A stretch of DNA of 64,000 bases, taken from a virus. The stretch is taken from positions 20,487 to 84,486 of IMG/VR virus record IMGVR_UViG_3300025000_001646; one strand, given 5' to 3'. The first letter of the stretch is position 1, and the number at the start of each line of letters is the position of its first letter. Position numbers and translations under genes: made by a program. The notes under the pieces were generated by a model that saw only the letters and a program-made list of their open reading frames with translations, did no database searches and was not told the origin of the DNA. This document shows, in pieces, positions 31,243-41,223 of this stretch.

Positions 31243-31620
31243 ATGGAACATATTAAACCATTTTATACTGGAATGACTAAAGATGGGGCTATAACTTGTT
31301 TAAGAAACAAGTTATATATAATGCAGCTTAATAATGGAAATAGTTTTGAAAATTATGATTTATTTAAAGTTTCTACTCAAGTTGCTATTGATATTGTTAC
31401 TAAATATATTCCTTATGAAGAAAATTGTGATAAAACAGAAAAATTAAAAAATGGTAATGGAGGAAATGGTGCGTATAATATGAAAGAAGAAATAGAAAAT
31501 CTAAAAAAAGAAATTAAAGAAATAAAAAGAATGAAATTATTAGAACTTGAAGCACAAATAGAAGCTAAAAAAAATTGGGGAGAACATACAGAGGAATACT
31601 GGAAAAAATTTAACAATTAA
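31243..31620 (+). CDS. Hypothetical protein
   Basis: 125 aa ORF, TAACCTT leader. Confidence 0.5.
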   Translation: MEHIKPFYTGMTKDGAITCLRNKLYIMQLNNGNSFENYDLFKVSTQVAIDIVTKYIPYEENCDKTEKLKNGNGGNGAYNMKEEIENLKKEIKEIKRMKLLELEAQIEAKKNWGEHTEEYWKKFNN

Positions 31621-31634
31621 CATTATTTTATTTT

Positions 31635-32288
31635 ATGTTAGAACAGATTAACACTACTAATCTTGAGTTACAAATTAAAGATACTCAAGAAAAATCAAAC
31701 AATATATTGATAACTAATGAAGAACAATTATTACAAGCTACTGACTTTTTAGGCAATGTAAAAAAACTCTATAAGAATGCAGAGGAGGAAAGAAAAGAAA
31801 TTACAAAACCTCTCAACGATTCTTTAAAGGCTATTAATAAAAAATACAAAATAATTACAGAACCATTATTGGCTCTTGAAAGTAAGCTAAAAACACTTAT
31901 TACAGCTTATTTAAAGAATAAAGATGAGCAAGACAGAAAAATAGTTGAAGAAGAAAGAAAATTACTGGAAGCAAAAAGGATAGAACTTGAAGAACAAGAA
32001 AAAAACGCTAACAAAGAAGAGCTAGCACTCATAGAAACGCAAAAAAACAGCCTAGAACAGCAGGAAATACTAAATATGGTAGATAATAAGCTAAACAATC
32101 AAATACGTACAGAAAACACTTTAATTAGCAAAAAGAAGGTATGGAAATTCGATGTTGTAGATATTTATAAAATTCCAAATAAATATTTGATTTTAGATGA
32201 AAAAAAAGTTGCAGAAGATATTAGAAATGGTATAATAGAGATTGAAGGATTAAAGATATATCAAGAAGAAATAATAGCAGTTAGATAG
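31635..32288 (+). CDS. Coiled-coil phage recombination-module protein
   Basis: EEERKEITKPL...WKFDVVD..KIP..YL..DEKK...IEGLKIYQE. Confidence 0.65.
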   Translation: MLEQINTTNLELQIKDTQEKSNNILITNEEQLLQATDFLGNVKKLYKNAEEERKEITKPLNDSLKAINKKYKIITEPLLALESKLKTLITAYLKNKDEQDRKIVEEERKLLEAKRIELEEQEKNANKEELALIETQKNSLEQQEILNMVDNKLNNQIRTENTLISKKKVWKFDVVDIYKIPNKYLILDEKKVAEDIRNGIIEIEGLKIYQEEIIAVR

Positions 32289-32385
32289 TTATAAAAACTT
32301 CTGTATCTCACTAATATAAAAATAAATATTTTTAAAAAATAAATATATCAATATTTTAGATGATTTACGGAGGTGAATAAAAAAG

Positions 32386-32450
32386 AAAAAGCAGGTATCC
32401 AATATAATCAATTATAGATTGCTTATTGGTATTAATCCTGCTTTTTTTTT
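32386..32450. terminator. Bidirectional terminator-like hairpin between early block and lysis cassette
   Basis: AAAAAGCAGG...CCTGCTTTTTTTTT between convergent genes. Confidence 0.6.
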
Positions 32451-32457
32451 ATAAAAA

Positions 32458-32643
32458 TTATTTCTCTGTCAAAATTTTATAAAAGTTTCTCAAAACACTT
32501 AACAGAGAAGTCCAAGCCACAACTTGAATAATTTCTGGAGTAAGTCAGTTCTCTATATTAGCAACAGCCAATAAACCTGCAATGAAACAAGTTATATAAG
32601 TTTTTGCAAACGAATAGAGATGTTGTAGAATTTTTTCTTTCAT
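32458..32643 (-). CDS. Putative holin (1 TGA=Gly)
   Basis: MKEKILQHLYSFAKTYITCFIAGLLAVANIEN(tga)LTPEIIQVVAWTSLLSVLRNFYK; two TM segments, downstream of endolysin. Confidence 0.65.
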
Positions 32644-32647
32644 AGAA

Positions 32648-32752
32648 TTAAAAAAGGTTTAAAATAGAATTATATAAAAATGATACTATTCCAAAAATTT
32701 CTAATATACATAGAATCATATATATTAATATGAAATATAAAAATACTTTCAT
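32648..32752 (-). CDS. Small hydrophobic peptide (lysis cassette)
   Basis: 34 aa single TM, TAATG-coupled to endolysin. Confidence 0.45.
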   Translation of the reverse strand: MKVFLYFILIYMILCILEIFGIVSFLYNSILNLF

Positions 32753-33243
32753 TAGTATTTAGAGATTTTATGTTGTAGAATCCATCATTTTCAAAAGCAA
32801 TCGACAAATCATCCATAGCCATTATATACATTTATAACATTTCATTTTTCATCTTTATATCTTAATCACCAATGTAGATGTGGTTTTCATTTAGCACAAC
32901 CACTGTCTCAAGTCTTGGCTATTAATTGTCATTGAGTAACTTTTGAATTATGAGTAATTAAAATTTCCGATAAATGAGCTAAAACTGTTTGTCTTCTCTT
33001 GGCTCAAAATTCTTCTGTTATATAAATATATTTACCATATCCGTCTATTTCATAGCCAGTGGTTAATATTCAATCAAATGAAGCAAATACTTCTGTTCAT
33101 ATAGGAGTTTTTAGGTCTACTCAATTGTGTCAAGAAAGTCACCATTTTGCATAAAAAGGTGTTTTTGTTTTTTGGTCAATCCAAGTATTGCCGAAAGGAT
33201 TGTATTTTGAATCAAAACCTTCTTTAACTGGTGCAATAATCAT
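32752..33243 (-). CDS. M23 peptidase endolysin (about 14 TGA=Gly)
   Basis: HN(tga)VD, GYGKY, AHLS, T(tga)DSG, PHLHW(tga) zinc motifs. Confidence 0.88.
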
Positions 33244-33312
33244 ATAAAAATAAAGTTAAGTCTATATATATTATACTCTTTTTAAGAATATACAACAAGA
33301 TTGAAAAAAACC

Positions 33313-33341
33313 TTGAAATAATAATTTAAAAGTTGTAGAAT
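33313..33341 (+). promoter_or_regulatory. Promoter of phosphonate operon
   Basis: TTGAAA-17bp-TAGAAT. Confidence 0.65.
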
Positions 33342-33348
33342 ATAATTA

Positions 33349-34380
33349 ATGAAAATTATAAATAAGTCATACAGACCAAAGGTTTTATTCCATTATTCAA
33401 ATGAGTTTCACTATTGCTGATTTGACGATTTAATGATTGAGTTAAGAAAAGATTTTGAGGTTACTAGTTTTTTTGATAGAAGAGTAAACGAAAATGAATA
33501 TATTTGAATATTAAGATGTGTAAATCCAGATATTATAATTGATGTAGAATGGGACAGGAGAACAATGGAAAGTGAATTTAAAGACAAAATAAGAATACAA
33601 TTGCCACATTGACTAGTATCTAAACATTATATGTATTGAGTGATTTGGAATAATTTTAGATATAATAAAACAATCACTTCTTGACCAGAAATTACTAAAC
33701 AATTTATTGAAAGAGGATTGATTCCAAAAGAAAATTTGCTTGAATTAGGTTACCCGAAAATTGACAGACTACATAATGGATTTTATGACAAAGAAAAAAT
33801 AAAAGAAAATTTATGAATAAAAAATAATCTTAAAACTATTCTATACGCTCCTACATTCAAAGAATTTTCTTCTTTCAATTATTTTATTGAAGAAGATGAG
33901 GAGTATTTTTATAAAAGAATAAATTATTTAGCGAATAATTACAACATTATAATTAAGTTACACGCTTGAACACCAAACGAAAAATTTAAGCCGTATTTAT
34001 TTGGAGAAAATGTTTACTTAATTTTTGATTATGATATTAGACCTTACCAATACTTAGCTGATATATGTATTTCTGATTTGTCTTCCGTAATATTTGAGTT
34101 TGCTTCACAAAACAAGCCAGTAATACTCCTTAGACCTTATGAAGATAACATTATAGACAAAAATTGAATAGAATGGACTATGAAAGACATAGGGACTAAT
34201 TGTAAAAATTTAGAAGATTTAGAGAAGGCAGTTATGGAATATGATAAAAACCCAGAAAAAGACAGTGAAATCAGAGAAAAGTATAACAAACAAATATTTA
34301 AAAACTTATGATTTTCCAGTAAAATTCTAGCAAATAATATTCTAAAATTATATGAATCTAATAGTGCTTTCAGCTGGTAG
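33349..34380 (+). CDS. CDP-glycerol glycerophosphotransferase (TagF/TagB-like) family (TGA=Gly)
   Basis: QLPH(tga), LGYPKID, ILYAPTF, IKLH, ISDLSSVIFEF..QNKPVI. Confidence 0.8.
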
Positions 34381-35002
34381 ATGAAGTAGGCTTAGACCAC
34401 TAACAGACAACAAACCAAAGGTACTATTGAAAATAAACTGAAAGACTATATTAGAAATGCTAAAAGAAAATGTTTGAGCCGAAAAAAATGTTGTAGTGAC
34501 TTGATATCTTTGAGAAAAAATTGAAGAAAATAAGGTTACAAATGATTTATGGTATGAAAATGGTTCGTCTAGTAGTCTTTATTTGGCTAGAAACTACTTA
34601 AAATGAGATACAATGATAGTTTATGGCGATATGATTATAGACAAAGAAGACTTTGAAGAAATGAAAAATCAAGATTGTATATTGGTAGATGACAAAGAAA
34701 AATGAGATGATTATGATGAATATGTAAACAAAGACAGTCTTTGACTTAAATATAGAAGCGAGATTTGAGAATGTGAAAGATTTTTGTGAGCAATACATCT
34801 AAAAGAAGAAACTGCTAAAAAACTTTATAAATATTTTAAACCTTGAATGTTAAATTATAAGATTTGATTAGCCGACTTAATATGAGATTTTTTTGATGCT
34901 AACAATATAGACTTCAAAAAAGTTAAAGCTAAAAATAAATGGTTTGAATTAGACAAAATTCAAGATTATATAAATGCAAAAATATATTTTAATGATTATT
35001 AA
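34352..35002 (+). CDS. NTP transferase, putative phosphonate cytidylyltransferase (TGA=Gly)
   Basis: VLSAGR(tga)SRLRPLTDNKPK, VYGDMI, WFELDKIQDY. Confidence 0.8.
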
Positions 35003-35005
35003 AAA

Positions 35006-35884
35006 ATGAAACTTCCTAAAATAAATTTTCAAGAAAAACTTAACTTAAAATGACAAGTTATAATCACTACATTTGATACTGGATTAAAAGACAATGAAAT
35101 TATAATGATTTCAGAAGAGCCTAGCAAAGAAGAATTAGACAAAATAGTTTTTCAAACAATTACTGACACTATTTATGCTATTGGTGGTGGATCAGCTATT
35201 GATTGAGCTAAATACCTATGCAATAAAGAAGGTAAAAAATTAATAGCAATACCAACAACTTTTTCTGGATCGGCTTCCTCTAGTCACTTAGTATTGAAAG
35301 AAAACTGAAAGAAAAAAGGTTATTCTGGAAATGAATACATACCAGATGAAGTAATAATCATCAACGATTTGCTTTACACTTTACCAGCTAAAACTTTCTT
35401 TTATTCTCTTATAGATTGTTTTGCACATTCGCAAGAGGCTGTTAGAAGCAATAAGAATAATTTTATTATAGAATTAATTTCTGAAAATATTATAGGAACT
35501 TTTGGTAATGTTTTACAAATGAAATTTGAGGACTTTATAAAACTTGATGAAAATAAAATGGAAGAAGAAAAAGCATTATTAGTTAGAGATTTTGGAAAAG
35601 TTTTATTAGTTATTTCTCTTTATGCTAGTTATATATTAAGTGAAGCTGGGACTAATTTACCACATGCAATTTCTTATGCTATTAGCAATTATGGACTTTC
35701 ACATTGAGAAGCTATAGCAATAGTTTATGGACTTAATGACAGAAGAATGAAAGACCTTTGAATAGAATTTGATTTAGAAAAAATGACAGATGAAATTTTA
35801 TTAGATAGACACCATTTAGACAATTTTCCTTGAGAAATTTCTAAGGATTTAATATTTAATACACTTAAAAAACTTTATGAATAG
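35006..35884 (+). CDS. Iron-containing alcohol dehydrogenase, putative phosphonoacetaldehyde reductase (TGA=Gly)
   Basis: AIGGGSAID(tga)AK, AIPTT, DCFAHSQE, PHAISY, SH(tga)EA. Confidence 0.8.
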
Positions 35885-36656
35885 GATTATTGGTTGCCAT
35901 AATGCAATGACGGCTATATTATGAGAAGAGGCTTGATTTGATATGCTTTGGGCTTCTTGATTCGAGATTTGCACTTCTAAATGAATACCAGACAAGGATA
36001 TACTTACTCAAACAGAATTTCTTGATGCTTTTAGAGAAATTAAAAACTCAGTTAAAATACCAGTAATTATAGATGCTGATACTGGTGGGACTTTAGAACA
36101 ACTTAAAAGAATGATTACTTTTTATAATCAAATTTGAATAGATTGAATATGTATAGAAGACAAGAAATTTCCAAAGACTAATAGTTTTATTGAAAAATGA
36201 CAAGAACTTGAAGAAATAGATTTGTTTTGTAAAAAAATAAAGTTATTGAGCAAAGAATTTTCTGGAATGATTTTTGCTAGAATAGAAGCACTTATTGCTG
36301 GAAAATGAGAAGATGAAGCTATAAAAAGAGCTAAGGAATATATAAAAGCTGGTGCTAATGTTATTTTAATTCATTCAAAAAGCGAAACTCCAGATGAAAT
36401 AGTCTCTTTTTGCAGAAGGTATAAGAAGGAATGACTTACTATTCCTATTGCAATTATTCCAACAAAATATACAAGTTTTACTGAAAATTACATAAAAAAA
36501 TACCCTCAAATTAAATATGTTATTTATGCTAATCAATGAATAAGATCTTCAATAAAAGCAATAAAAGAAACTTATAAAAAGATTTTAAAAGATTGAGGCG
36601 TAAATAATTTAAATATTTCTACTCTTGATGACTGTTTTAAAATACAATGATTATAG
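35877..36656 (+). CDS. pepM: Phosphoenolpyruvate phosphomutase (TGA=Gly)
   Basis: WAS(tga)F, IPD, DADTGG, signature EDKKFPKTNS (EDKxxxxxNS), ARIEALI, IHSK. Confidence 0.92.
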
Positions 36657-36952
36657 GCGTTCCATATTCTGGCTGTGATTTTAAAGACGCTATTTATTTT
36701 CCTAGAGAAAATAGTGCTTTAGGTTATGCTATTTGAGCTAGACTAGCTTGAAAGGATGTTACTGTATTTATGCAAAACTCTTGATTATGGCATATATGAG
36801 ATTTATTTTCCTCTTTCTTAATTCCTAGCAAACTTAAATGAATAAAATTTATTATTAACAACAGAAAAGAGCCAGAGCATCACAAGCATTCTTTTGAAAA
36901 TATAAATAATCTCTTAAAAATTTATGGAATTGAAAATGCCGAACTTAACTAG
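36647..36952 (+). CDS. ppd: Phosphonopyruvate decarboxylase alpha part (TGA=Gly)
   Basis: GVPYS, RENSALGYAI(tga)ARLA(tga), FMQNS(tga)L, EPEHH. Confidence 0.8.
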
Positions 36953-37403
36953 AAGCACAGCTATATTGTCTATTGCAAAATTAAAATATGATGAACCATT
37001 AGTTATAGCATCAACTTGATTAAATTCAAAAGCTCTTTATTCTTTAGGTCATCGAGACAGATTTTTATATAATAGATGAGCATATTGAGAAACTTGAATA
37101 ATAGCATTAGGTATTGCCGAGAATACTAATAAAGAAGTAGTAGTAATTGATTGAGACGGTAGTTTTCTGGCTTGATTTGCTAATTACCCGATTATATTAG
37201 AAAGGAAGCCTAAAAATTTGCATTATTATATTTTAAGAAACTGAAAAACACAGACTACTTGATGACAACCTCTTATACAATTTCCTAAATTAGACAAATA
37301 CTTTACTATTTTTGATATAGACGAAGACGACAGAAAGCCTCAAAACATAGAAATTACTATTGAAGAAAATGTAAAATCTTTTATGGAATATTTAAAATCT
37401 TAA
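36936..37403 (+). CDS. ppd: Phosphonopyruvate decarboxylase beta (TPP-binding) part (TGA=Gly)
   Basis: AST(tga)LNS, IALGIA, VVID(tga)DGS, N(tga)..QTT(tga)(tga)QP. Confidence 0.8.
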
Positions 37404-37412
37404 TTTTATTTT

Positions 37413-37850
37413 ATGATTAACGGTGTAAAAATTATTGACGTTAATAGATTCTGGGATGACAGATGATTTTTTGCAGAGGTATGGAGGAAGTCTCAACAAT
37501 GAGAAATGGCTCAAATGTCTTTCACTAAAACTTACCCTTGAGTTGTCAAGGCTTTTCACTACCACGAAAAACAAGATGATTTATGGTTTTGTGTAGAAGG
37601 AAATCTAAGAGTAGTTTTAAAAGACCTTAGAGAAGACTCTCCTACTTTTAATGAAGTGCAAACTATTTATATTGGTGAAAAATCTCAAGCAGTTTATATT
37701 CCTAAAATGGTAGCTCACGGTTATAAAGTTATGGGAGAAAAGCCAGCTAAACTTATTTATTTGACAACACAAGAATATGATGTAAAAAATCCAGACGAGA
37801 AAAGAATACCTTATGACGAATTTTATGATTGGAAAACAGTTTTTAAGTAA
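37413..37850 (+). CDS. rmlC: dTDP-4-dehydrorhamnose 3,5-epimerase (TGA=Gly)
   Basis: DDR(tga)FFAE, VVKAFHYH, DLREDSPTF, IPKMVAHGY. Confidence 0.88.
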
Positions 37851-37858
37851 AAAATCTA

Positions 37859-37887
37859 TTGTTTTTATAAATTACTATTGGTAGAAT
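37859..37887 (+). promoter_or_regulatory. Promoter of suppressor tRNA transcript
   Basis: TTGTTT-17bp-TAGAAT ending 12 nt before the tRNA. Confidence 0.65.
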
Positions 37888-37899
37888 AATTATAGATAT

Positions 37900-37974
37900 G
37901 CGGGGATGAGGTAAAGTCTAGCCTGAATCGCTTCAACCGATTAAGTAGGGGATAGTCTCCCCTTCTCCGCTCCA
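37900..37974 (+). tRNA. Opal-decoding tRNA-Gly, anticodon TCA
   Basis: Acceptor GCGGGGA/TCTCCGC + T73 + CCA (Gly identity G1-C72, C2-G71, G3-C70, U73); D stem AGGT/GCCT; AATCG-CT TCA AC-CGATT; T arm AGGGG-ATAGTCT-CCCCT. Confidence 0.9.
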
Positions 37975-37989
37975 ATAATTTTTATTTTT

Positions 37990-38310
37990 ATGGGATCATC
38001 AAAGCACGGATTAAAGCCAAATCAAATATCAGTAAAAAGAAAAAGCACTAAAGTAAAAGGTGTTTCTCGTTTAAATCATTGGTCTACTATTTCAAAAATG
38101 AATATTGAAGATAAGAAAGTAAATGGTTATGTAACTAATATAACTAATATAAAAGGAAATACATTTTGGTGGTATTCTAAAGGAAGAAAAACTTGTTTAG
38201 ACACAGGACTTAAATGTGATCCAGATGGTTATAATAGATGGAATACTTATGAAAATCACCTAATAAGAAAAAAGAGATTTAAAAATCGTGTCAGAAAAAA
38301 TACTATTTAA
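37990..38310 (+). CDS. Basic hypothetical protein (TGA-free, follows tRNA)
   Basis: 106 aa ORF 15 nt after tRNA CCA. Confidence 0.55.
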   Translation: MGSSKHGLKPNQISVKRKSTKVKGVSRLNHWSTISKMNIEDKKVNGYVTNITNIKGNTFWWYSKGRKTCLDTGLKCDPDGYNRWNTYENHLIRKKRFKNRVRKNTI

Positions 38311-38322
38311 TTTTATATTTTT

Positions 38323-38613
38323 ATGGCTCAACACATTGGAATGATATTGGAAGATGAAGATGGAAAATTAATTAAAGACTCTAAATTAAATTTTCAAGAT
38401 GTTTTAGATAAATGTGATGTTAGTGATAATGAATGGTTAGGCACAATAGATGAATATGGAAATACTGTATTTAATAATATTCAAATACCTATAATAATTA
38501 ATGAATTAAAAGAATTACCAGTAGAAGAAGAAAATTATACATTAATTAATAAATTTATAAAATTTTTAGAGCAAGCAGAGGATCACGAATATATAAAATT
38601 TATTGGAGATTAA
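38323..38613 (+). CDS. Hypothetical protein (TGA-free)
   Basis: IDEYGNTVFN..QI..II.EL...YIKFIGD. Confidence 0.6.
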   Translation: MAQHIGMILEDEDGKLIKDSKLNFQDVLDKCDVSDNEWLGTIDEYGNTVFNNIQIPIIINELKELPVEEENYTLINKFIKFLEQAEDHEYIKFIGD

Positions 38614-38625
38614 CTTTTAATTTAT

Positions 38626-38871
38626 ATGATTATAGAAATACCAGATATAAAAGACCGTAATGGAAAAACAGTAAGAATGGGAGATGTTATATATTTTCCA
38701 GAACAAAGTCTTCACAATACATTGGTTAGATGGGATGAGGAAGAATTTTGTTTAGTACCTTTTAATTATAAATATTATTATTATAAAGACCAAGAAACTG
38801 GAAAAATGTGTCCTTTTGAAATAGTAGGAAATATAAAAGAAGAACCAAATTTACAATATGGAAGAGATTAA
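38626..38871 (+). CDS. YopX-like protein (TGA-free)
   Basis: KDRNGKTVRMGDVI...EIVGNI. Confidence 0.65.
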   Translation: MIIEIPDIKDRNGKTVRMGDVIYFPEQSLHNTLVRWDEEEFCLVPFNYKYYYYKDQETGKMCPFEIVGNIKEEPNLQYGRD

Positions 38872-38890
38872 TATTTAATTTTATTTTACC

Positions 38891-39076
38891 ATGCCAATAA
38901 TGCCTTGTGTAAGCGAAAAAAAGAAAGGTTTTAAATATTGAGAAACTTGAAATTGTTATACCTATGAAGAAGGTAATAAAACTAGTGAAGAAAATGCTAG
39001 AGAACAAGCAATCAAGCAATGACAAGCTATTGAGATTAGCAGACTTAAAAAATATAAAATAACCATTAAAAAATAA
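38891..39076 (+). CDS. Small phage protein (TGA=Gly)
   Basis: MPIMPC..KGFKY(tga)ET(tga)NCY...AIKQ(tga)QAI. Confidence 0.6.
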
Positions 39077-39325
39077 ATGAAAAAATTTATAATAATATTA
39101 AAGGATTTATGAATGGGATTATTGATTGCTGGTGTAATTATTTTAGCTTTATTAATTCCTAGCTTTTTGTTAATGATTTCTTGGAATTTAGGATTGGCAA
39201 CTTTATTCACTAGCTTACCTAAAATGAATTTAATACAAGCAATTTTTATTGGAGGATTTTTCCATATTTTGACTTATAAATCAACTATTACAAAAACTGA
39301 AATTAAAGATATATTTAAAAAATAA
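39077..39325 (+). CDS. Membrane protein (1 TGA)
   Basis: Hydrophobic; extends ORF 39113 upstream through TGA. Confidence 0.5.
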
Positions 39326-39627
39326 TGATTAATAATGAAATTTATAACGAATTTTTAAATGATAATAACTTATATGAATTTAAAGATAAAACAGGTAAAA
39401 AATTTACTTTAGATTTAAAAAATATTCATATAATAGAAAAAGTAAATAGTGGAATAGGAGATGAAGGATATGATGATAATAATTATTCTCTATATATAGT
39501 TAATAAAAAGAATAAAAACAATCCTTTATTTCCAAATTTCTTAAAAGATGAAAAAGAAAGAGATAGAATATTCGATGAAATAATAAATACAAAACTTAAT
39601 CAAGAAGTAAAACAATTTAAAAAATAA
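39325..39627 (+). CDS. Hypothetical protein
   Basis: 100 aa ORF. Confidence 0.5.
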   Translation: MINNEIYNEFLNDNNLYEFKDKTGKKFTLDLKNIHIIEKVNSGIGDEGYDDNNYSLYIVNKKNKNNPLFPNFLKDEKERDRIFDEIINTKLNQEVKQFKK

Positions 39628-39777
39628 TTTTATATATTTTATGAATACAGACATTGAAAACTGATTCATTCCAGAACAAACAAAAACAGAAACCAATCCA
39701 GATGGTGAGAGAATAGAAGATTATATTGTAAATCAATTGGCCAGAATAGAGCATCTATTAATAACATTATTAGAGCA

Positions 39778-40593
39778 ATGAAAAAAATCTTAGTTTTTGG
39801 TGCTAATGGGATGCTAGGGAAAGACTTGGTAAAAATAGATTGATTTAAAATTTACCCAGACTATAAAACAGACATTACTAATTGATTACAAGTATTTATA
39901 AAGACTTTATTGGTTAGACCAGATTACATAATTAATTGTGCCGCTTATACTGATGTTGATTGAGCCGAGAATGATGACAATGTTTGAAAATGCTGGAGTG
40001 TTAATTCTTGTAGTAAATTGGTCGGTATATGTAAACTTTTTAATACACCTCTTGTAGCATTTTCTACTGATTATGTTTTTAATTGAAAGAAAAAAGAAGG
40101 CTATTCAGAAGACGAAAAACTTCATAATAATAGACCTCTTGAAATATATTGAATGAGTAAATGGATAATGGAATTTAACATATTAAAAAATCTCAAGAAA
40201 TATTATATTATTAGGATTTCATCTCTTTTCGGGAAAAATGGTAAGAATTTCGTAGACTTAATCTTAAATTATGAGAAAGAAATAAACGTGCTTTGAAATA
40301 ATAAAATGAAACCTACTTATACAGTAGATTTAGCAGAGAATGTTAAAAAACTTTTACAACTAGAATATCCTTATTGAACATACCACTTCACAAACGAATG
40401 AGCTTGCTCTTGGTATGAATTTGCTAAAGAAATAAATAAATACAGAACACAACCAATCAAAATAAACAAGGTAGATGAATTTAAAAGACCAGCCGAGAGA
40501 CCTCAATATTCTGAATTGATTAATAATTCACCTTTAAAAATGAGGCACTGGAAAGAATCTCTCAAAGATTATATTTCTAACATTAAAAAGTAA
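39778..40593 (+). CDS. rmlD: dTDP-4-dehydrorhamnose reductase (TGA=Gly)
   Basis: VFGANGMLG, INCAAYTDVD(tga)AE, STDYVFN(tga), Y(tga)MSK, PTY, RPAERPQYS. Confidence 0.9.
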
Positions 40594-41211
40594 ATGACAG
40601 AAGAATTTATTCAGTCTATTAATTGGCACAAAGGCGACCCTATAATAATTAATCCCCTAAAAGATGATCCAGCTATTCCTAATAATCAAGAAGGCTCTTT
40701 TTGTGTTGATTTAGGTTGTGGTAAGAATAAAAGAGAAGGATTTATTGGAGTAGATCAAGCTCCAGACGGAGTAGGCGATATTCAAATCAGACTTGATATA
40801 TTAAACGACAAATTACCTTTCGAAGATAGTTCTGTTGACTGTCTTTTTGCATCACATATAGTCGAACATATAGGCGAAGGCAAAATGATTGCTTTTATGG
40901 ATGAGTGTTATAGGGTATTAAAACCTTATGGACTTTTTGAAATTATAGCTCCAGTTTACAATTCTAGTGATGCTTATAGACACCCAGATCATAAGAGATT
41001 TATTCATCCAGAACTTTGGGGATTTTGGGATCCAGCTAACTGTCAAGAAGACAGAGAATGTTATGGAGTAAAAGCTAAATTCACTCTCGCTATTAATGAA
41101 GAAGAAAGAATATTTGGAGACAGTGAAGAGCCAATGATACTTAGAAAATGTCAGCCTATGAACTTTGTATATAAGAATGGCAATTTTGTTACTCTAGTAG
41201 CTATTAAATAA
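40594..41211 (+). CDS. SAM-dependent methyltransferase (TGA-free)
   Basis: VDLGCG, LPFEDSSVD, SHIVEH, RVLKP. Confidence 0.8.
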   Translation: MTEEFIQSINWHKGDPIIINPLKDDPAIPNNQEGSFCVDLGCGKNKREGFIGVDQAPDGVGDIQIRLDILNDKLPFEDSSVDCLFASHIVEHIGEGKMIAFMDECYRVLKPYGLFEIIAPVYNSSDAYRHPDHKRFIHPELWGFWDPANCQEDRECYGVKAKFTLAINEEERIFGDSEEPMILRKCQPMNFVYKNGNFVTLVAIK

Positions 41212-41223
41212 TTTTACATTAAA

